From positions 1,984,001-2,048,000 of the forward strand of contig CBDAOB010000004.1 in assembly GCA_965197905.1 (NCBI GenBank): a stretch of 64,000 bases of DNA, given 5' to 3'. Below the pieces are notes generated by a model. That model did not search any database, had not been told where the DNA came from, and saw only the letters and a program-made list of their open reading frames with translations. Source of the DNA: Candidatus Latescibacterota bacterium (GTDB taxonomy: Bacteria; Latescibacterota; UBA2968; UBA8231). Numbering within the stretch: the stretch's first letter is position 1; the number at the start of each line of letters is the position of its first letter. Made by a program: the position numbers and the translations under genes. This document shows positions 1 through 7,663 of the stretch, piece by piece.

Positions 1-1074
1 GTTCGCAGTCGACGGGTCTATCCCTTGCGAGACGACAAGATCATCACCTCCTGGAACGGGCTGATGATCGAGACCTACGCCTACGCCTATCGCGTGCTGA
101 AGGATCAGGCGTACCAGCGCACCGCGGAAGCGGCGGCGGAATTCGTTCTAAAACATATGCGAACGCCGGATGGAGGGTTCTATCGAGTCTACCGCAATGG
201 ACGCGCGAAATATCCCGCCTACCTGGAGGACTACGCCTTCCTAGCCCGGGGTTTGCTGAGTTTGCACCGGTCCGGCGACGACGAACGCTGGCTGGCGGAA
301 AGCGAAACCGTGGTCGATCAGATGCTGCGCCGTTTTTGGGATGCGGACGCGGGAGGATTCTATTACACAGAAGGGGGTGCTGATCTGATCGTGCGCATCA
401 AAGACGGCCAAGACTCCGCCTTGCCGTCCGCCAACGCGGTGGCGGTCGACGTGCTGTTGGACCTCGCCGAAGTCACCGGGGACAAGGCGTATCGGAAGCA
501 GGCTGGGCGCTGTCTACGGTCGTTCGGTGGCATGATGCAAGCCCAGCCCCAGGGGTTCATTCGCATGATCGCCGCCGCCGATCGGTACCTGAAGTCCCAA
601 CCCAAGAGTTTCCCGGCCGCCTTCTCGGGAATCTCGCCACCACCCTTAACGGAACCAGTGGTCCAGGCGCGCCTGCGGACGGAGACCACCGCTCCAATCC
701 CCGGACATGCATTCGCGCTGTCGGTCGATCTGTCCATCCAACCGGGGTGGCACCTGAACGCCTACGACCCATTTGCGCGAACCCTGCTGCCCACCTCGAT
801 GACCCTGAACTTCGATCTGCCCTTGACAGTTCTCGACACCACCTATCCCGCCAGCCAGCAGTTCTATTACGAAGCGCTCGACGAAACCTTGAATGTCTAC
901 CAGGGTGAGGTGTCGCTGGGCGCACGGTTGCAACTACAACCCCATGCGCCCACCGGCGCCAAAGGAGTGATCCGCGTTCTCATACAATATCAGGCGTGTG
1001 ACGATACCCGGTGCTTGCCCCCTGGCGAGCTCCAGAAGACGGTGCCAATCTCGGTTGGCGCGCGAACCGAGTAG
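1..1074 (+). CDS. Thioredoxin-domain protein of the YyaL/SSP411 (DUF255) family, 5'-truncated by the window, with a C-terminal DsbD N-terminal-like domain
   Basis: Frame is open from base 1; motifs RDDKIITSWNGLMI, YLEDYA, DSALPSANAVA; C-terminal GWHLNA...YQACDDTRCLPP. Confidence 0.85.
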   Translation, partial: VRSRRVYPLRDDKIITSWNGLMIETYAYAYRVLKDQAYQRTAEAAAEFVLKHMRTPDGGFYRVYRNGRAKYPAYLEDYAFLARGLLSLHRSGDDERWLAESETVVDQMLRRFWDADAGGFYYTEGGADLIVRIKDGQDSALPSANAVAVDVLLDLAEVTGDKAYRKQAGRCLRSFGGMMQAQPQGFIRMIAAADRYLKSQPKSFPAAFSGISPPPLTEPVVQARLRTETTAPIPGHAFALSVDLSIQPGWHLNAYDPFARTLLPTSMTLNFDLPLTVLDTTYPASQQFYYEALDETLNVYQGEVSLGARLQLQPHAPTGAKGVIRVLIQYQACDDTRCLPPGELQKTVPISVGARTE

Positions 1075-1140
1075 ATCAGTAAAAGGTAGTTTGTCTGAGG
1101 GTGGCTCGGACTCGGCGCCCACCAACGGGCGCCCCACATA

Positions 1141-2202
1141 TCAGACCAGCTGTCCGCCGCAGGAGCTGCCCGCCCCCGCCGTACAGCCGTAACAGTGGTC
1201 CTCGACCGCAATGTCGCCGTCGTTGAAGGACTTCAGTGTTTCCACCGACCAGATCGTCTTCGGGTGGCGACCGGAAGGGATCTCCACCATCTGATTGAAA
1301 TCGCAATCGTAGATCTGTCCGTCCCAGCCAATAGAAATCAGGTCGCGACACATCAGGTTTTCCACCGCGGAGCGGTTAAAACTGTTGACCAAGAGCATCA
1401 TGTACTCCAGCACTTGATCTGCGTGTTTCAGGTCGTAGAGAAACCGCTTGATCGGCATATTGGTAATCGTGAAGAGTCGATTGAAACGGACCCCGAAATC
1501 CTCCAACAAACGCTCTTTGTAGTCGCTTTCCAACTCGTCCTGGGCGGGAGGAAGAAACGGCCCCACTGGATTGTAGACGAGGTTTAACACCAGGTCGCCC
1601 TCGCCGTAGCCCAGCTCGTTGAGCAAACGCAAAGCGCATATACTCTTGTCGAACACCCCTTTGCCCCGTTGCTGCTCGACGTTTTCGCGAGAGTAACAGG
1701 GGAGGGAAGCAATAACCTCTACGCTGTGTGCTGCCAGAAACGGCGCGGTGTCCTCCTGCCCTTCTTCGACCAGGACGGTGAGATTGCAGCGGTCGATAAC
1801 CTTATGTGTGCGCGCTCTGGATTCCCGCACCAGATATCTGAAAACGGGGTTGAGCTCGGGAGCGCCGCCGGTGATATCCACGGTGTCTAATTGCTCACCT
1901 CCGGGGGTATCCATGAGCTCGACAACGCGCCCCGCGGTGTCCGAGGTCATCTGTTCCCGCCGATGTGGACCGGCTTCCACGTGGCAATGTCGACAGGTCT
2001 GGTTGCACAGTTTTCCGACGTTGATCTGCAGCGTTCGCAACGGACGTCGGTTTAACGAACAACCGCTTTTCGCCAACCGTTGGGCGAAGGAGGGCCAGGG
2101 GCCAGCCAGCTGATCCTTGTCCAGCTTTGATTCCGCCGGAGCGATCGTAAGTAGAGGTGTGGTCATTGGCTGTCCAGATTGAAGGGGATGAGTGTAACCC
2201 AT
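1141..2202 (-). CDS. arsS: ArsS-like radical SAM protein (DUF3641 C-terminus); start may be ATG at 2166
   Basis: LQINVGKLCNQTCRHCHV (CxxxCxxC), DITGGAPELNP, YDCDFNQM, C-terminal HCYGCTAGAGSSCGG. Confidence 0.85.
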   Translation of the reverse strand: MGYTHPLQSGQPMTTPLLTIAPAESKLDKDQLAGPWPSFAQRLAKSGCSLNRRPLRTLQINVGKLCNQTCRHCHVEAGPHRREQMTSDTAGRVVELMDTPGGEQLDTVDITGGAPELNPVFRYLVRESRARTHKVIDRCNLTVLVEEGQEDTAPFLAAHSVEVIASLPCYSRENVEQQRGKGVFDKSICALRLLNELGYGEGDLVLNLVYNPVGPFLPPAQDELESDYKERLLEDFGVRFNRLFTITNMPIKRFLYDLKHADQVLEYMMLLVNSFNRSAVENLMCRDLISIGWDGQIYDCDFNQMVEIPSGRHPKTIWSVETLKSFNDGDIAVEDHCYGCTAGAGSSCGGQLV

Positions 2203-2260
2203 TTATCAGCAGCACGCAATTTTTTTCGCGAGCGGGGAAGGCGTTCCCAGCGCCAACGAG

Positions 2261-3145
2261 CTACTGGGTGCCGTTCAGGATCAATGCGAGCGAAAAGATG
2301 GTGCCGCTCAAGGTGTTAGTACCGGCCAGGACATGCAACAGCTCGGCCTGTACCGCCGTGCCCGGCGACAGCGAATAGATGACTCCCGGACTGAGCTTGG
2401 TAAAATGTTGATCCCCGACGACCAGGTTCGGTAAGGCGCCGCCGCCGCCGGGCAAGGGTGTCACCACGGTTTGACCGGCGATATCAGGTGGGGTCGAACG
2501 GTTGCGGACCCCATCGAGCGCAATCTTGGTGAGCACCGGACCAAGGTTGTACCCTACCTCCACTCCGTAGACCAACTCGTCGTGCAAACGTCCACCTCGT
2601 CGGCGGAACCCCAAGCCGCCGGTTACATACCCCGCCAACGGCCACAGGCTGCGGCCTGCGAGCAGATGGATTTCACCGTCTAACTTTGCCGAACCGAGTG
2701 GCGGTCCGTCGTTTGCCGGCCGCTGGTCGTACCCCAGAGGAAACTTGACACCCGTCTGAATCGAGAACGCCAGTGGATCGGGTAACAGCTGCCGGCGCAC
2801 TGAAAGGGTGATATCGCCAAACCCAACGGTGTTGACGATTTCCCGATTGGTTTCGATGCCCCCGCCAAACAGCACGTCGCGCTCAGAACGCAACCCTTTG
2901 AACGGCAACGTGGCGACCATGGTTGCGTTCTCTGTGAGACCGTATTCCAGGTAGAGATTGAGGTTGGCGTCGCGAAACGACGCATCCTCGAACGCCGTCT
3001 GTTCTTCGAGAATCTGCAGCCTGTCGCCCAAATGGTTGAATTCCTCGGTGGTAGAAAAATAAGACGAGCCGACCTTGAGGAAGTAGCTTCCCTGCTCTTG
3101 CACCCAGGTGCCCGCCCAGCAGCGTCCGGCCAACAACCCCACCAC
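2261..3145 (-). CDS. Putative outer-membrane beta-barrel protein; true start probably slightly upstream (frame stays open through a signal-peptide-like stretch to about 3200)
   Basis: Alternating amphipathic strands (LNLYLEYGLT, GFGDITLSVR, YGVEVGY); upstream in-frame LATLALLVVGLLAG. Confidence 0.6.
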   Translation of the reverse strand: MVGLLAGRCWAGTWVQEQGSYFLKVGSSYFSTTEEFNHLGDRLQILEEQTAFEDASFRDANLNLYLEYGLTENATMVATLPFKGLRSERDVLFGGGIETNREIVNTVGFGDITLSVRRQLLPDPLAFSIQTGVKFPLGYDQRPANDGPPLGSAKLDGEIHLLAGRSLWPLAGYVTGGLGFRRRGGRLHDELVYGVEVGYNLGPVLTKIALDGVRNRSTPPDIAGQTVVTPLPGGGGALPNLVVGDQHFTKLSPGVIYSLSPGTAVQAELLHVLAGTNTLSGTIFSLALILNGTQ

Positions 3146-3221
3146 CAGAAGGGCAAGAGTCGCTAGAGGCGCACCGACAGCACGGCGTCTCGAGTCCAGG
3201 CCCGGTCTTCGCGGTCACGTG

Positions 3222-3902
3222 CTATGGGTATTTGAGAAATCGGGTATCGGGGTTGGCGCGTTTCCAGCTGTCCCAACGTCCCACCGAGGACTGAAACTCC
3301 TCGAGCTTGCGACCCGCATAGAAACCTCCGATACTGGTCAATCCATCCTCCCCGTCCATATGGTACCACAAGCTCTCGGTGTCGTAGTCAAACAGCACGA
3401 AGGTGCTGCGATACAACCACCCGCTGGCGCTCATGGTGAGAACCCGATCGTCTATCTCGCGGCTGTACACGCCAGCCAATCCAACGATCGGTCAGTAAGC
3501 GACCGCCACATGGGTGTCGCCAAACACCTCGTTGGCGACCTCATGGGCGCTCATTACGCCGATGGAGTAGGCCCGAGGCATATCGTTGAGTCGGGTGCCA
3601 AGAATCAGGAACGTCGCATTTTCGGCGGGATAACCATCCTCTTCGGCGGATAACATCTGCGGATTGAGAATGGGACGCAGCGAGAAAGGCCCGCTGCCTA
3701 TCTCGAACTCATCGGGCTCAAAGCCGAACTCGTTCTTGGCGTAGGTGACGTCCCACCTCTTGCCCGTTTTGTCGACGATGAAGATGCGCCCGGCGTCGCC
3801 TTCGATACCGAAGGGACCCGAAGGACTGCCGGAAGAATCACCGCATCCAGAGATCCAGAAAAGGCAGGGAAACAGCAATGCTGCAACGATTCTCAATCGC
3901 AC
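3222..3902 (-). CDS. DUF3179-like lipoprotein, candidate selenoprotein copy 3 (226 aa; TGA at 3492-3494 read as Sec)
   Basis: ORFs 3492-3902 and 3222-3479 are in one frame: VAVAY-TGA-PIVGLAGVYSR; TGA aligns with Cys of ISVTFCPLT in 7664-9124; lipobox ISGC. Confidence 0.85.
3444..3491 (-). promoter_or_regulatory. Candidate bacterial SECIS element (copy 3)
   Basis: After UGA: lower stem CCGAUCGU/ACGAUCGG, upper stem GGCUG/CAGCC, loop GCGUGUA. Confidence 0.6.
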
Positions 3903-3915
3903 GGCGGCTTCGCTT

Positions 3916-4584
3916 TCACGGATAGCGCAGGAATTTCGACTTTGGATGATTGTTCCACCAGGTGCTCCACCGGGTGACGGTAGATTCGAATTCGGACAGC
4001 TTGCGGTCGGCGTAGAAACCGCTGATACCCGTCAATCCATCCTCCCCAGGTAGATGATACCACATGGTTTCCGTCTCGTAGTCGAAGAGCACGAAGGTGC
4101 TGCGATAGGTCCACCCGCTGGCGCTGAGAGTTAGGACGTTACCATCGATTTCGCGGCTGTACACGGCAGCCAGGTCTACCAGCGGTCAGTAGGCGACAGC
4201 GACATGAGTCTCGCCGAATTTCTCGTTGGCGATCTCGTGTCGACTCATGACGGCGATGGGGTAAGCCCTGGTAAAGCCGTTTAGCTGCGTCGCCAAGACG
4301 AGAAAGATCCCAGCCGTCTCCGGGTAGCCTGACTCTCCGGGAGCCCACATGAGGGGGTCGTTGATCGGTCGAATGGCAAACGGACCAAGACCGAATTGGA
4401 AGCCAGACGGCTGCAGATCGTACTGGTCGCGGGCATGAGTTACGTCCCACGATTTCCCCGTGCGATCGGTGATCAACACGTTGCCTTCTTCTTGAAACAC
4501 CCGCGCGGGGCCCTGGGGCTCCTCCACGTAATCGGCGCATCCGGACCAAACGAGCGCCGCTGCAAGAAGAATGAACTTGGTCAA
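3916..4584 (-). CDS. DUF3179-like lipoprotein, candidate selenoprotein copy 2 (222 aa; TGA at 4186-4188 read as Sec)
   Basis: ORFs 4186-4584 and 3916-4164 are in one frame: VAVAY-TGA-PLVDLAAVYSR; lipobox WSGC; TTG start. Confidence 0.85.
4155..4185 (-). promoter_or_regulatory. Candidate bacterial SECIS element (copy 2)
   Basis: GGCUG-CCGUGUA-CAGCC hairpin beginning at the 15th nt after UGA. Confidence 0.55.
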
Positions 4585-4615
4585 GTAGCCTATCCTGCTG
4601 TGTGTAGGTTGCGGC

Positions 4616-5332
4616 TCAGGGCCGTGGTCGATAGCGAGAAGGCCGTTTCGGGTACCGCATAAATTTAGTATCGGGATGTTCTTCTTTCCACCGCTCCCAA
4701 GTGGTTCGGGTGGAGTCGAGTTCTGGCAGGATGCGGTCCTTGTAATATCCCGAAATGGCCGTCAATCCTTTGGTACCCTTCCTGGGATACCACAAGCTTT
4801 CCGTTTCTTTGTCGTACAACACAAAGGTTCTGCGGTAGGTCCACCCGCTCGGTGCCAAGGTCAATGTGCGGCCATCTATCTCGCGGCTGTACACGGCCGC
4901 CAGGTCCACCAGCGGTCAGTAAGCCACTGCGGCTTCGGTATACCCGATTGTTTCGTTCACGATTTCATGGCGCACGATCTGGCGGATCGCGTAGCTCCGT
5001 GCGTCGCCCTCGAAACTTGCTCCGATAATCTGTTCCTTTGCTTGACGCGAGCGCAAGTTTGGATAGTCCTGTTCATGAGAACGGATCATCTCGGGATGAT
5101 TGATCGGCGGAATCGTATTCTTGCCGATACCGAACTCGAACCCGGAAGGGGCCATCCCGTACTTCTCGACGGCGTGGGTGATATCGAAGCGTTCGCCGTA
5201 CCGATCAGTTATGAAGACGGGTCCACCTCCCGACCGAGCCTGCGTTGTGTTCCCGGCTGGGACCGGACCGCAGGCTATAAGAAGACAGGACACCAGGACG
5301 ATCGCGGGAGACCCTGCGTAAGCTCTGTTCAT
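4616..5332 (-). CDS. DUF3179-like lipoprotein, candidate selenoprotein copy 1 (238 aa; TGA at 4916-4918 read as Sec)
   Basis: ORFs 4916-5332 and 4616-4909 are in one frame: AAVAY-TGA-PLVDLAAVYSR; lipobox LIAC. Confidence 0.85.
4883..4915 (-). promoter_or_regulatory. Candidate bacterial SECIS element (copy 1)
   Basis: GCGGC-CGUGUACA-GCCGC hairpin beginning at the 16th nt after UGA. Confidence 0.55.
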
Positions 5333-5354
5333 GCGGTGCTCCGTGCCGGCGACA

Positions 5355-7445
5355 TCATCTGTCCACGGGGGAAGCCGCGCCGGCTACTGAGGCTCGAGTT
5401 TCGCCATCGCTGGACGCGGCCGTTGCCCCATTCCGTCGCGGTATTCCGAAACTGAATCGACTGCCCTTGCCAGGGCCGTCTGACTCGGCGCGGATGTATT
5501 GGCGCTCAACGATATAGCGCGAGATCGCCAATCCGATTCCGGTTCCCTGTTTGCGGGAAACCGCATCGCCCGCCTGTTCGAACAAGTTGAAGATCCGCTT
5601 CAGCGCATCGGACTCTATGCCCTCGCCGCTATCGATGACCTGGAATTCCAGATCGTCGCCGGCCACTTGAATCTCGACCCGGATTCCATCTCCAGAATCG
5701 GTAAATTTCAACGCGTTATCCAGCAGATTGGCCAACACCTGGGCAATCCGATCGCCATCCGCTACCGCTGTGAGTCCGTTGGGCTCGGCCGGTCCCCGGT
5801 AACTCACTTCGATCCCCTTTTTGGCGCCCATTTCGCGGTACGACTCCAACACCTCCTGCACGATGGGATCCAGATCCACTTCGGAGCGATTCATCTGCAG
5901 CCCCTGCCCTCGGTCGATGCGCGAGAAATCCAGCAGGTCGTCCACCAACCGAATTAGCCGCGCGGTATTGTGACCCATGATCTCGACCCGTTTGCGCACC
6001 TGTTCCAAGGTCTCGCGCTGTACCTCCCCCGTCTGCTCGAGAAACTCCTCTGTTAGAAACATCTGGTTGATGATGCGGCTGAAGCCGTCGAGAGAGGCGA
6101 GGGGTGTCTTGAGCTCATGAGAAACCACCGAAAGAAGGTGTGATTTATAGGAGTTCAGACGCTCGAGTTGCGCGTTCTGTTGCTCCAGTTGCGCCTCTGA
6201 GAGCTGAAGATCTGCGGTGCGAGACCGGATTTGATCCCGAAGGTGGTCGGTCGCTTCCCGCAGACGGTGGACCATGATATCGAACGCCGTGTAGAGCTGG
6301 CCAATCTCATCCTCGCGCGGATACGGTTGGGGATCGGCGCGCAGGTCCCCGCCTGCTACGCGTTCCGCCATTTTGCTTAGATTCAGCACCGGCTTTACCA
6401 CCATCGACTGGCTGAAAACGAGGGTTAGTGCGAGGCTGATCCCGATCACCACGGATCCCAGAATCAGAAACCCGTTTCGCAAGGTCTTGGAGGGAGCAAA
6501 AATAACATCGGTAGGCGCGTCGAAGATGACTGCCCAATAGTTGTCCTCGCTCAGCGGATCGTATTGAATTTTTCCGGCGCCGTGCATGCACCGGTGAGTA
6601 CTCTCGTCATGGCCTCTCTCCGGTTCGCAGGCCACATAAAGGCTTGCCGACTGTTGCGAGGCCAGTACTGCGGCCAGCCGCGGGTGCACCTCGATAAGAG
6701 TCGTTTTTAGCCCCAATCCGTCGGATTCTGGCGTGCGGTAAAGCATGCGGCCCCGCTGATCGACAATAAAGGCGCGTCCCTGGTCGACTGGATTGTTCAA
6801 CCCTGACAACAAGCGACCGGGATCGACGCGGACGGTGATCGTTCCCACCGTAGGTCCACCGGGTCCAACGACGGGAGCCCCGACCCAAAAGGTGGGAATC
6901 GATCCCTCAGTCTCGGAAGAAAGGAGCGGCGAAACGTAGACAGTGCCTTTGCTCAGCGAGATCGTTTGCCGAAAATGATCCGTCGACCGCTGGCGCAACT
7001 GGTCGCGGGTGACCAGGCGCGCAACTCCATCCTGAACGAGAATCCGCATCCGCTCGCGGCCCGATCGATCCGTTAACACGATTTCCACGCATTCCGGGTG
7101 GGTTTCGGCCATGGAAATAAAGAGATTCTCCAGCTGCGATGCAGTCGGCGGGTGGTCGGCCGGCGGGCCCGGGTTTCCGTCCCTTGCCACCAGGAACGCC
7201 TGCACCGGCTGCATGTTGGCCATAAAGAGCGCCTTGCGGGATTCATCGCGTATGTAGTCGGAAAAGCTCTTCGAGACGGCCTCGATGCCGAGCCGGAACT
7301 TATCTTCCGCCAGTTCCTCCAGGGCATCCTGACTTCTGGCGTAGGCGAGGTATCCAAGAACCAGAAGCCCGATTACCTGCAGACTCCCCAGGACCAGAGC
7401 TGACTTGATTCGAAAAGACAAATGGCGAGAGCGATTCATACTCAC
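5355..7445 (-). CDS. Membrane sensor histidine kinase (TM-Cache-like-TM-HAMP-HisKA-HATPase)
   Basis: Two TM segments, DEIGQL (HAMP), VSHELKTPL (H box), NLLDNALKF (N box), DSGEGI, GTGIGL. Confidence 0.92.
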   Translation of the reverse strand: MSMNRSRHLSFRIKSALVLGSLQVIGLLVLGYLAYARSQDALEELAEDKFRLGIEAVSKSFSDYIRDESRKALFMANMQPVQAFLVARDGNPGPPADHPPTASQLENLFISMAETHPECVEIVLTDRSGRERMRILVQDGVARLVTRDQLRQRSTDHFRQTISLSKGTVYVSPLLSSETEGSIPTFWVGAPVVGPGGPTVGTITVRVDPGRLLSGLNNPVDQGRAFIVDQRGRMLYRTPESDGLGLKTTLIEVHPRLAAVLASQQSASLYVACEPERGHDESTHRCMHGAGKIQYDPLSEDNYWAVIFDAPTDVIFAPSKTLRNGFLILGSVVIGISLALTLVFSQSMVVKPVLNLSKMAERVAGGDLRADPQPYPREDEIGQLYTAFDIMVHRLREATDHLRDQIRSRTADLQLSEAQLEQQNAQLERLNSYKSHLLSVVSHELKTPLASLDGFSRIINQMFLTEEFLEQTGEVQRETLEQVRKRVEIMGHNTARLIRLVDDLLDFSRIDRGQGLQMNRSEVDLDPIVQEVLESYREMGAKKGIEVSYRGPAEPNGLTAVADGDRIAQVLANLLDNALKFTDSGDGIRVEIQVAGDDLEFQVIDSGEGIESDALKRIFNLFEQAGDAVSRKQGTGIGLAISRYIVERQYIRAESDGPGKGSRFSFGIPRRNGATAASSDGETRASVAGAASPVDR

Positions 7446-7663
7446 TTGGCCACGAAGGTTATTCTGTCATGGACTACCGCAATAGATGCCTGTCGGTTAC
7501 CGTGGGATTCGTCCGCGGGTGACGGAGCTCGGTAGATCCCAACGAAACCGAAACTACAGTTGCTTCATCTAACAAACAGATTGAGATTCCTGCTACAACT
7601 GCCACAATTACCACCGGCTCCTCGGTGCACGACGCAGGTGGGTAGAAACCTCCGGAGGGCAAC

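Noticed and set aside
1114..1133. Hairpin GGCGCCC/GGGCGCC between convergent genes
   Set aside because: No adjacent U-tract, so there is too little support to call a terminator.
1141..1175. Selenocysteine in the ArsS C-terminal GSSxGG motif
   Set aside because: The codon is TGC (Cys); the terminal TGA follows GGQLV and looks like a normal stop.
3222..5332. Alternative genetic code (UGA = Trp or Gly), or three pseudogenes
   Set aside because: Many ordinary genes here end in TGA (e.g. clpX, tig, purA) and Trp is encoded by TGG. The internal TGA occurs only at one homologous Cys column in three diverged paralogs.
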